Below are positions 12,178-24,874 of a stretch of 64,000 bases of DNA, in pieces. Positions within the stretch are counted from its first letter, which is position 1, and each line of letters begins with the position of its first letter. The notes below the pieces were generated by a model, which made no database searches, had not been told where the DNA came from, and saw nothing but the letters and a program-made list of their open reading frames with translations. The DNA is from Octopus sinensis. Lineage: Eukaryota. Both the position numbers and the translations under genes were made by a program. Location: the NCBI RefSeq assembly GCF_006345805.1, contig NC_042998.1, positions 114,576,001 through 114,640,000 of the forward strand. Direction: 5' to 3'.

Positions 12178-12223
<46 letters not shown>

Positions 12224-12670
12224 ATATATATTCGTTTATAGATTATACTTTGTGGAGCTTTATACATGCGGGATTTCGGTTGAGCGCCCTGTATCTAGTT
12301 CTAGAAATTGTAATTCATAAACGACAGTCTACGCTGACGATCTTGCCGTTGTTTACGTATCCATATATGTAAATATTAACAAGTGAAACTAATTAGTACG
12401 TAGGTAATCGTTTTTTATTTCATATATTTTCATATGTTTCGCTTATTTTTAAACTTTGTTTTTTTTGCTGAATTTTTTCTTGAGAACACATTCTTCGTGA
12501 TAAATGGCGAGTTTGACGTCTATTTCTAGCACACAGGCTGTCCACTATTAGTGGTCTTGCCTCTAAATTTTGTATGTATAAAATGTTTAATCTTCGGACT
12601 TTTTAAAAATATGCTAGACCACTGGTTTCAATTGATTAATATCGATTTCTACCCTTATTTAATTATATAT

Positions 12671-12900
12671 ATTCTTTTATTCTTTTACTTGTTTAAGTCG
12701 TTTGACTACAGCCATGCTGGAGCACCACCTTTAGTCGAACAAATTCACACAAGAACTTATTCTTGGTAAGCCTAGTGCTTATTCTATCGGTCCCTTTTTG
12801 CCGAACCACTAACTTACGTGGACGTAAACACACCAACATCTGTTTTCAAGCGATGGTGGGTGGACGAACACAGACACACAAATACATACATATATATATA
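12671..12900 (-). mobile_element. 3' body of SINE family A (tail-only copy)
   Basis: Reverse complement of 1140-1347, ending at the central microsatellite. Confidence 0.85.
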
Positions 12901-13120
12901 AGAGAGATTTATAGTTCGCTGGAAGCATTGTATATTGTTTGTGAAATGTGACGTGTCTGTAATGGCACAACAATGCAGAATGGACTACAGTAATTATTAT
13001 AAATAACTGAATTATTTATAGTCTGAAATATTGAATTTCTAAATATCTCATAGAGATATATACGGTGGTGGGGTGGTAGAATGGTTGTATACTGTCAATT
13101 TAACGTGACAGTAGGCGAGT

Positions 13121-13259
13121 AATATTTCGGAATAAAAAATTCTTTCTTCAGAGATTGCTAGGAAGTAATGGAGTCAATGTTATAGAAAACCGACTATAAC
13201 AGTGACTCCATTACCTTCTAGCAATCTCTGATGAAAGAATTTTTATATTCCGAAATGTT
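13121..13259. repeat. 139-bp hairpin (65-bp arms, 8-nt loop); each arm carries an HHR-like CTGA(A/T)GA..GAAA motif
   Basis: The reverse complement of 13121-13185 matches 13194-13259 with ~5 substitutions and 1 indel. Confidence 0.85.
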
Positions 13260-13352
13260 AGGCTATAAATAAGTAAAATATTTATAACCGTTATTATAGT
13301 CAGCTCTGCATTGTTGTGCTATTCCGGACACGTTACATTTTATATAGATGCG

Positions 13353-13424
<72 letters not shown>

Positions 13425-13642
13425 GTGGTTGTTTACTCCGTATGCAGGGTTTGAGAACATCCTGTACCTACGCCTTAGAACCATCATAGAATGATGTTGC
13501 TTTTTAAACCAGACAATGTTTTAAAAAGACACCCACATTCGATTGCATATCCGAATTGTACCACCAAGGGCTGCAGTTAGGTTACGATCTTTGTGGATCT
13601 TAAAATTACTTTTGAGACGTCCATTACATTTGCAAACCTTCT

Positions 13643-13694
<52 letters not shown>

Positions 13695-16277
13695 TATATA
13701 TATATATAATATATATATATATAATATATATATATATTATGTATATTAGATATTATATATATTATATACATTATATATTTTATATATATTTATATATATT
13801 ATATATATTATATACAATTTTACTGAACCTTCAGATTTTTATATGCTAGACCACTGGTGTGAAATTGATGTTAATTAAATGAATATCAAATTTCTCACCC
13901 TCATTTTAAATTTACATATATATACGATGGGCTTCTTTCAGTTTCCGTCTGCTAAACCGTCTGTGTGAGTGCATGCGTGTGTGTATGTGAATTCATATGT
14001 ATGACAAACAGAAGAGAAAAAAAAGAAATATTGAATGTAAATCTATGTTGAGGTATTGGAATTACTAACTGTTATATGTCAATCTTCCGCGAATAATGCT
14101 GATACGAGATAAGCTAAAATCAGTGTAATAACAGAGACTGAGTTGTGTGTGTATGTGTAAACATGTGTGGATGTTGAAAGATCAGAAAGATGCAGAATTA
14201 TGGATTACAATGGCTGATTTTCTATTACATTTATTCCAGTATGTCTCAGATCTGGAGCACAAGTCATATTTCTATCGGTAATATTGATACTAATGCTTAG
14301 AAAATGTAAACAACGTTTTATAAATTGACTGTATAATTACTTAGTTAATTGTGATTATTATTTGTTATATAGTAAATGATAATTACTGCTTAATTAGTAT
14401 TTTTCACATTGTTAAACGATAAAATTGAGTTTATGAAACTGATTATAGCCTCAGAAAGAAAAGAAAAAGTTAAAGTAATATTTACAAAAATTATCTAAAT
14501 AAAAAAAAATAATCATGTTTAAATGAAATCACGCTGTATTTTTGTATAAACAGAAAACACAAATTAGTATTTTGATAATTATACTTGAAATAGGAAGCAT
14601 TTCATTTATGATATGTTATCCTTTAATGTTTTACGTGAATAATTTCCAGCATGGGCATGCGTTTTAGGTGAGGACTCTAATAATTATATCAACTATAGTA
14701 GTTGAGAAGTGATTACGTAATCGATCATTAAATGACTGAAAAATCAATACGATTTTGGTTCAATATGAACTTCAAAATTTAGTGACCGTAACTAAATAAC
14801 CGTAAATAATTTTACCTGGCCCTCTTCTGAAGTCTGGCGACAAATGTAATTACTGAAGCAACAAAAATAAACAATAATAGTTGATGTACAAACAATTCAT
14901 GAATCCACCATGGATTATCCGAATGCAAGAAACGCATTTCGCATCCTCACCAATTATATAGAACATAGCCACGCTTCACGTCCTCAAAAATAATAAGACT
15001 GATATACCGATAAACGTCCTACGTAACACAAATAATATGCTAAAAATGAAAGCAGTCTGCATATGTGAATGACAGAGCATGGTATTACTGCAAACACCAA
15101 GATTTATGGTTCCTTCTACACTAAATATCACTCGCAAACAAACATGAAAAACGGTCCAGAAAAGCATAGTAAAAAGTCCTTCTGTTGAGTTCATGTAAAG
15201 GAATACACGGTCTGACATCCCCGAACACGCATGCACGCACCAACTCACACACACAAGAAAAAAAAGAAAAGAAGAAAATGACGAAGAATGATTGAATGAA
15301 TAAATAAATGAATGAATGAATGAATGAGCAGGAAAAATATCAATAATTATGACAAAAGAAAGGTAAAAAAGTAAGTGAAAGAAATAGCCAAAGCAAATAT
15401 GGAAGAGAGTAGAAAATGAAGGAAAGTCAAGATTGTGATGCATGAAGAGTAGGAGAGAATGGCAGGTGATTGTGGAATATTGAATCATATGTCGGTATAA
15501 ACATTCAAGAATACACATATATTTTTTTCTATATTTCAGACTAAAGTTGAAATGTAGAAGTTCAATGAAATACTTAAATTCTAAATTTTTTTCGCAGTAC
15601 CTTTAGAGAATTGAGTGTGAACACGAAACCTCTTCTTGACATGAACTTCCATTTGCTGAAATTTGGAAGTTATAAACAAGTTAATAAATACAATCTTAAG
15701 AAGTGAATAAATAAGAATTGAAATTAAACATTCCAGAAAATATTTCAAGGAATGTATTTGCTAAACGAAAAGCAAATGTAAAATTTAAAAGAGAACATCG
15801 CATCGCAAAATCGTAAGTTCATAAAATAAAGTCTTTTTTTTTTAAATTTCATTTATTATTTTTCTTTTATGAAATATTTTTGGTTACAGCAAAAGGTTAG
15901 AAATTAAGGTATGAAATAAAGAAGAAAAATCTACATACTTTTGTAATATGTCTTAAATCGTTAAACGAGAAAAAATATTTCTCGTTGCTATGACTTTCCT
16001 ATTTAGGCCTATATATGTCCAAAAGGCATTCTAGTCGTGACCATCCAATCAGTTCATAGATGTTTCCTCACAGGTTACAAGAGCTAATGAATTCTACTCT
16101 TATTTAATTTGGGGGCAAATTGGCAATTTATAAAAAGATCTGTTTAAATACAGATCAATCAGATATCATTACACTGTTGTAATATGCTCAGTTATTGTGC
16201 CAGTAAAAAAAAATATTACATTCCTTAGTTTAAAGAATTTGTTGGTTAAATTATTATGTGGTATTTTTTTAAGTCAA

Positions 16278-16495
16278 TGAAATTGGCAGAACCGTTAGCA
16301 CACTAAGTAAAATGGTTAGCGTTGTTTCCTCCGTCTTTACTATCCAAAATCAAATTCCGCCGATGCCGACTTTGCCGTTGATCACTTGGGGGAGGGGGGT
16401 CAACAAAATAGTACCTGTTGTGCACTAGGGTCAAGGTAACCGACTGCACCCCCTCTGAAATTTCAGGCCTTTTGACCATAGTAGAAAAAAATTTA
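16278..16495 (+). mobile_element. Diverged SINE family B copy
   Basis: ggcagaaccgttagca...caaattccgccga...gactttgcc matches the family B head at 61841-62072. Confidence 0.65.
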
Positions 16496-16597
16496 TGTTA
16501 TTTTTCTACAGCATATAGTTTACATTATTGCCTTTCAATTAATTTATCTTGAAGGGTCGATAACAAAACTGAAATTTAAAAAATTCCTTTCCTATAG

Positions 16598-16790
16598 AGA
16601 CACAAAGCCTGAAATTTGGGTGAAGTGGGACCAGTCGGTTTCGCGGCCCACAGTGCTCAGATGGTACTTGTTTTATCGCAATTCGAAAGGATGAAGTTGC
16701 ATCCTTTCAAAATTCGGGGAAATTCGAACTCGGAATGTAAAGAGGACGAGATGCTACTAAGCAGTTTGTCCGACAGCTCTCCTCCTTAGG
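16598..16790 (-). mobile_element. Diverged SINE family B copy, inverted relative to 16278-16495
   Basis: aagcctgaaatt..ggtacttgttttatcg..gaaaggatgaa..attcgaactcggaatgtaaagaggacga..ctaagc resembles the reverse family B consensus. Confidence 0.6.
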
Positions 16791-17534
16791 AAAATATCCT
16801 ATAAGGAATTAACAAATAGGTTCTTTATAAAAAGGAATGTAATGATCAAATATCATTACGCGAATCGGGCATATTACAACAGGACAACGGTATCCAATTG
16901 ATCTTTTGGTTGTAAACACAAGCCTTCTACAGACTACTTTTGTGGCACAATTAGCAACAGTAAACTTACTCTCACATCACTTTAAAAATATTTCTTAAGG
17001 GGATGCAACTTTATCTTGTTGGCAAAAGCAAAATTAAAAGTTTTGATTGATTTGGTAGCAAGTTTTGTATAGAAGTTAATAATTGTTGTGTTACGTACAA
17101 GCAAAAATATGTATCCCCTAATGATGAAAGAGCAATAATGTTTTTATTAAAGTGATAATATTATGACCTGATTTTACGTGTCAAATGTCGAGTAAGGTCG
17201 CGGGTTGGCTGCAAGTTTTGTATTTTCCTGCTTGTAATTCGAATTGTGCAGACATAGAAACTTACAAGATGGCCTAAAACTTCATTTTCAATGTATAGAA
17301 CTATGACGAAAAGCTTTCTCACATGTTCAAGGCGCTACCAAATAGAGTCATTAACCTTAAGTTTTTCGCTCGCATATGATTAACAACGTCTACTCCGACT
17401 ATTTTATGATTTGGCCCTCACACAAACACTTCATGTTACTGTGGGTTCCTTTTTCCTGCATCTTCCAAAAGCCAAATATATTTTCAAGGGGTGGGGGTTA
17501 CTTTGCATTTATTTATAGAATAAAATTATGTTGT

Positions 17535-17549
17535 ATCAGTCGAGAGAGT

Positions 17550-17581
<32 letters not shown>

Positions 17582-18260
17582 AAGAGAGATAGATAGAGAG
17601 AGAAAGAGAGATAAAGACAAAGAGAGTGTGTGTATATGTGTGCGTGTGAATATGACTAGGGTGCAAAGAGATAATATAACATGAATGAATTAGACAAGAG
17701 AGAAAGGGCGAGAGATGGTTGAGAGAAGAGTGAAAAGGGAGATAGATATGTCTGTGATTCGTTCAAAAACTGAAGAATATACTGATAATGTAAAATTATA
17801 GTTTCTACATTATTCATCGCCACCACCAGCACCAACAAAAATAACAATAACACGACTATTACTACCAACCACCAGCACCACCACCAGCACCACCAGCACC
17901 ACCACCACCACAACAACAACAACAGCAACAACAACAACAGCAACAACCACATAATGACCAACCAACGAACGAACCAGCCAGCCAACCAACCAACCAGCCA
18001 ACCAACCAGTCAGCCAGCCAACCAAAATAAATAATCATAGAAAACTGTTTTCAATCATATATATAATTTATACTCTACATTCAGAAAATCTAATCATTGT
18101 TTTGCTTCTCCAGCCGAACAAGCTTGAATGATAACGGTGACGACGATGATTATAATAATGTTAATCATAACAACGACAACAAGAACAACACCGATAGCAA
18201 GAATATAAGCAACAACAACAGCGTCAACAATAAAAACAAGAATAACAATATAAACAATTT
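17535..18260. repeat. Compound microsatellite region (GA)n, (CAC)n, (CAA)n, (CCAA)n
   Basis: Directly visible. Confidence 0.9.
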
Positions 18261-19211
18261 CAGCACATCTATTATCTAAATTCCCAGTGTATTTTGGCGG
18301 CAACACTGCTAACTAAAAACGTATATTTTAGAATAATTCCCGTTTAGCTGTGTTGTCATCACATATATAATCACCTATCTAGAGAAAAAGGCAGACTTCA
18401 CAACCGATCATTTTCTGATGCATTCAAATCACAATGAAAATATATTATCTAGAAGCTATTCTTTCAAAGAACCCAGCTAAAATGGCAATGATATTACTGT
18501 TTGCAATTATCGATATCCCATATTTCATTTCTCTTACGTTTCTTCGCTATTATTTGTAATTGTTTTACTTTGTAGAAAGGCTATTTATCATTTTCTCTCG
18601 CAAATATTTTGATATATAAATATGTGTCCATCATCATCAACTCAATCTATGTATCTGTCTGTCAGTCGATTTATCTATCTAGCAGGATACTCCTACTCCT
18701 CTACTGTAAGTTCCTTTCATTCGCATTCTCTCTCTTCTCCTCTATCTTCATACGTACCATGTATAGTACGTACATACATACTCGCATATACACACGTATT
18801 TATATTACATATCAGTTATTTGTCAAGAAAAAAAATCAAACTCAGTATAAATAATAGAGCGCAAATATGTTTATATAATCAAGCAGTACGTTGGAAGAAA
18901 TAATATAATGTTTGACAATATGTATACGCTTGTGTATTTATGTGTGTATATATATATATATACATATATGTATATATGTATGTATATACTAACGCACGCA
19001 CGCACGCACACATCTATTTATATATCAAATTAAAGTGGATCAAAAAATGCCGAGCAGTTCTCTCAGTCAGCACCATTACGAATACTGGTTAATACAGTGC
19101 GTAGAAGAGGGCAGTCCCTCTAGAAAACTGTTCTATACAAAATGGAATTCCACGGATAACATAGTTGCAGAATATAATACATCAAGTCCAAGGAAGAACA
19201 TGGGATTTCAC

Positions 19212-19328
<117 letters not shown>

Positions 19329-19474
19329 TTACCTACATACCTATCGATGGAGCTGAATACGGACTGTTACTATATCCCCTTGATATTTTCTGAAACGGCC
19401 GTAGGTTATAACTGATTTTTGTCTTAACTAACTTTTACCTTCCCGATATCTCGTATTTTCTGAACTCTAATTTA

Positions 19475-20375
19475 TGTTCCCTACGATGGCAATCCCTCAA
19501 GGTCGAGGATGATGGTCTTCGCGCAAATTTACTGGTGAGTCCGTAGGTGACCGATAAGACCAATTCTTGCTTGAAAAGATCGGTCGCAGTGCGGACATCT
19601 AGTGCCGGAAGGGAGAGTCGCACGTGGTTGTTTTTGGCGCTCTTTCCGTCGTCGTCTTTTCTCCTCCAGCTCTGCAGACCTTTTCGACTCGAAAGTCGCC
19701 CTTCCCTCATGGATGATGGTTTTCCAGAGTGGTCATTTTTTTTGTCGTTTCCTCCCAGTTAGTGAAGTCGATGTCACACTTTTTGAGGTTCGTTTTCAAG
19801 GAGTCCTTGTAGCGTTTCTTCTGGACTCCTTTTGTACGCTTGCCGTCTTTGAATTAGGAGTAGAAGATCTGTTTGGGAAGTCGTTCGTCAGTCATTCTAA
19901 CCACGTGGCCGCTCCATCTTAGTTGGCCTTTGATGACATAAGCTTCGATGCTGGTCATTTTTGCTTCTTGTAGCACGCCGACGTTAGTTCTTCTGTCTTC
20001 CCAGCTGATGTTAAGGATCTTCCGAAGACAGCGTTGGTGAAATTTCTCGAGCGTTTTCAGGTGGTGACTATATGGGGTCCAGGTTTCGGATGCGTAAAGG
20101 AGGGTTGGTTTCGGTTCGGATGTCCCGATCAGCAAAAACTCTTGTTCGAAGCTTGCCGAAAGCTGTTCCTGCACACATCAGACGGTGTTGGATTTCATCG
20201 CTGAGGTCTACCTTTGCTGACAGATGGCTAACAAGGTAGCAGAAATGGTTCACATTTTCCAGTGGAATTCCTTCGAGTTGAATCGATGGCGGGTTGTCAA
20301 AACGGGCATTGGGAGGAGGTTGGTAGGGTAAGTGAGTCTTCTTGATGTTGATGCTCAGTCCAAGTTTAGTATACA
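19475..20375 (-). mobile_element. RTE-clade LINE, 5'-truncated 3' end
   Basis: GLSINIKKT, FCYLVSHLS, PTLLYASETW, FHQRCLRKILNISWEDRRTN, QLRWSGHVVRMTDERLPKQIFY and a terminal C2H2 motif CPHCDRSFQARIGLIGHLRTH. Frameshifts are present. Confidence 0.92.
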
Positions 20376-20599
20376 CACACGTATCTACACTCGTATACAC
20401 GATTTTCATGTTCCTATATCTTACATCATTTACATTTTATATCTCATTATTTTTATCATGTTTTTTTATTATCTCTTATTTTATATTTGAATTTTCTAAT
20501 ATAAACATGTATCACATCCAAGTCTTATAAATCACTGTACGTACGATTTCGTTTTAGGATATAAAGTACTGACAACAGAAATTTTCATCTTCTACAGAT

Positions 20600-20619
20600 A
20601 ATTTTTACACACACACACC

Positions 20620-20681
<62 letters not shown>

Positions 20682-20716
20682 ACACACACACACACACAAA
20701 CACACACACACCACAC

Positions 20717-20751
<35 letters not shown>

Positions 20752-21516
20752 GCAACGCCTGCACCAAGATCCCCGCTACCAACCAACTTCATGAGCAGGA
20801 CCCCATTTACCAATCCTCAACGTTTACCAGCGACCAACTCATACCAGTTCCCAACGCTTACCAGTTCCACCGTTTATCAATCTCCAACGCTTACCAATCC
20901 CCAAGGCTTGTTTTGCGCGTGGACATATGCACATGTGCATGTACACAGTCGTATGCATGCGTACCTGCATGTGAATATACATATGTACATATGAATGAAT
21001 CCGCATATGTATGTGTATATGAGCATGTGTGCATATGCTTGTGTATGTGTGCGCGTATTCATCTAAACTTCTGTGTGTGTGGGTAGACGTGTGCGTGCGT
21101 GCCCGTGTACAGATGCTCACACACGCTTCAATATACACATGCACGCAAGAGCTCTTCTACACACCCACATATAGAGCTATATACTGCACATGCCGCACCT
21201 TCTGACTCCCCCCAACAAACTGATCGATTTCTAATCGCCACGTGGTCTTTTGTCCTGTCCTCCACGTTGTGTCACTTTCCTGTTCACCATGTGGTATTTT
21301 CCAACTAACTTTTACCCATATACTAACATCAAACTACGACACCGCGTGACCTCCCTCGACCAATCGCAGCCCACCGTACAGTAATAACAATCGACTTCTG
21401 TCATTCAAATTCAAAATGGATGACGACTTGCATTACGCTTGAAACTCAAGAGTACCAACGAATTTGAATCAAACTGTTCTGACCCATACACACACACACA
21501 CATGCACACGCACACA

Positions 21517-21583
<67 letters not shown>

Positions 21584-21587
21584 CACA

Positions 21588-21654
<67 letters not shown>

Positions 21655-22430
21655 GCAACGCCTGCACCAAGATCCCCGCTACCAACCAACTCCATGAGCA
21701 GGACCCCATTTACCAATCCTCAACGTTTACCAGCGACCAACTGATACCAGTTCCCAACGCTTACCAGTTCCACCGTTTATCAATCTCCAACGCTTACCAA
21801 TCCCCAAGGCTTGTTTTGCGCGTGGACATATGCACATGTGCACGCACACAGTCGTATGCATGCGTACATGCATGTGAATATACATATGTACATATGAATG
21901 AATCCGCATATGTATGTGTATATGAGCATGTGTGCATATGCTTGTGTATGTGTGCGCGTATTCATCTAAACTTCTGTGTGTGTGGGTAGACGTGTGCGTG
22001 CGTGCCCGTGTACAGATGCTCACACACGCTTCAATATACACATGCACGCAAGAGCTCTTCTACACACCCACATATAGAGCTATATACTTGCACATGCCGC
22101 ACCTTCTGACTCCCCCCAACAAACTGATCGATTTCTAATCGCCACGTGGTCTTTTGTCCTGTCCTCCACGTTTTGTCACTTTCCTGTTCACCATGTGGTA
22201 TTTTCCAACTAACTTTTACCCATATACCAACATGAAACTACGACACCGCGTGACCTCCCTCGACCAATCGCAGCCCACCGTACAGTAATAACAATCGACT
22301 TCTGTCATTCAAATTCAAAATGGATGACGACTAGCATTACGCTTGAAACTCAAGAGTACCAACGAATTTGAATCAAAATGTTCTGACCCATTCACACACA
22401 CACACACATACACACGCACACACACACACA

Positions 22431-22499
<69 letters not shown>

Positions 22500-22500
22500 G
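20600..22500 (+). repeat. Tandem duplication with 904-bp period (~740-bp unique body plus (CA)n(TA)n spacer)
   Basis: 20751-21487 is repeated at 21654-22391, with (CA)n(TA)n tracts at all three junctions. Confidence 0.93.
21403..21469 (+). ncRNA. Degenerate type I hammerhead-like fold (second copy at 22307-22373)
   Basis: Stem I ATTCAAATTC-aaaa-TGG / CCA-ac-GAATTTGAAT; core ATGACGA (C3 to A); imperfect stem II; GAAA; stem III CTC-aa-GAG; U16.1-A17. Confidence 0.5.
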
Positions 22501-23639
22501 CATTTATGTATGTACTCATGTATTTGTGTGTTCATAAATGCACGCACAGACAGAAGCGCACATATAAATTTGTGTATCAGGACAAAGCTTCTGCATAAAC
22601 TTGTTCGTGAAGATTGGACACAAAATACAGTACAAAAGAACGTGTGTATATATATATATATATATATATATGAATGTCTCTTAGATTCCCACTTTCCACT
22701 CCCTCACACCACTTTCCTTGCACCTACTTTTCTTCCCTCCTCCTCTCTCACTGTTATCGCTATGACCAATAAAACTCTTTGTTTTCCTTGGACACACGTT
22801 CACCCTTTGTTTCAGATCAAAACCACTTTTATCTTTACCATTTTTATTATCTTAAAAATGACAGATAAGTCTCTGCATAATATCTGTCTCTCTCTTTCTT
22901 TCTCACTCTCTCTCTCTCCCTCTCTTCCATTGACTGATTTTGAGTATGTCATTCTCTCTTTATCTCTTATACCTGCATCCCTCTAATTCTTGCTCTGTCT
23001 ATTTCTATTACGTATTTTTCATATGTTTAAATCATATGTGGATGGACGTTATAACATCTTTAATACCGTCAGTGCACCTACGTATAAGATACAGTACTGG
23101 CTTATATATGAGAATGAACAGAATAGTATATGCCTACATGTATACGTATAAACACACACAGACACACACACATACACACAAACATGTACGTATGGATACA
23201 TACATACCTACCTACCTACTACATACATATATACATACATATATATACAGATATACATTTGTATATGTGTCGGTGTGTTCCTACCAGTATTTATAAACAT
23301 ATATATGTTTACATACGCACACGCGTAAACATATTTGTTCACACCTATACCGTTATTTCCTATAAAACGCATGTACAAGAAATCAAACGGCCATGTTGGA
23401 CTAGAGACGCTATAAGCCTGTGTACGTATATAAACATATATATATATATGTGTGTGTATGTGTGAGTGTGTGTGTGTGTGTGTGCGTGTGTGTATGTATG
23501 TATGTATATATATACATATATGCATGTACATGGATACATATGCATAAATATATACATGTAAGTGTCCTCTACTCATGTACGTATTTACACATAAGTATAT
23601 GTACACACACATGCACAGTCACACACGCGAACATACACA

Positions 23640-23682
<43 letters not shown>

Positions 23683-23895
23683 ATGCTTATGCGGTGAATC
23701 AAATGTAATATCTGTAGAAACATCAGTGCATAGTTCCCTCAAGTTATAGGTAATTGATTTAGATCGAACAATCTGATCAGAGGGACACATTGAGAAAGAT
23801 AAAATTTCGCGATAGTCTCGCAAACAAAGAAAATAACTGTACATAAACATACATTCATATATATATATATGTGTATATATATATATATAATATAT

Positions 23896-23955
<60 letters not shown>

Positions 23956-24815
23956 GACATATGTAAACACACACACGCATGAGTATGCATATTTCTGTGT
24001 GTATGTATATACATATATGCATGCAGGTATACTTCCCTAGATTAGATTAGGAATCTTATGTAATCTCTGTATTTCTCTTTCTCCAGCTGCCTCTCTCGCC
24101 ATCTCTGAATGTATATAAATATAATCATATATACATTATATCAGCGTTTACATACAAGCGCATACAAAATCTGACTGTGTATGAATTTTGTATGTATCTG
24201 TCTCTTTCATTGGTGAGCATGTATTTATATATGTGTAAATAATAGCACACACTCACACAGACACATACACGCACACACACTGGTAAAAATATACCAACTT
24301 TCATGTGGGCATTTGTTTATGTTGGCATGTGTGTGTTTTTGAGTGAATCTGTGTCCTTGAGTATTTTCTGTGTTTATGTATCTATTTGTGTGTGCTTATG
24401 CGTTTCTCTATCTGTGCATTATCTAGTTTGTAATAATATTTGCCCGCTTGTGAATGTATGAAGTGATTATATAAACGTTTTACATAAACTTTCTTGACAA
24501 ATCAAAAAAAAAACATGTATATATGTTAGGAACTTTCTAGAAGGTATCAGAAATTCAATTAGACCAACGTGTAAGCTACATACACACGTCGCCATACATT
24601 CAGGTACACAAATAGAGTAACCCACGTATATGGACCAACGGACTTGCGCAGAGATGACGATGACGACGACGATGATGATGATGATGATGATAGTAACATT
24701 AATAATAATAATAATAATAATGGGGATATATATGTATACGCAATAACACCGAGATGCATATTCTCTCATACTAGTACACAAACACGAACCACACACAGAC
24801 ATAATAATAATGATG

Positions 24816-24874
<59 letters not shown>

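Larger units (their letters stand above)
9398..12182 (+). mobile_element. Penelope-like retroelement 2 (Neptune-like), 5'-truncated, enclosed by 687-bp inverted terminal repeats
   Basis: Arms 9398-10084 and 11496-12182 are reverse complements with roughly 7 differences by eye. (TA)n lies outside both arms (after a ~45-bp extension on the left). Confidence 0.94.
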
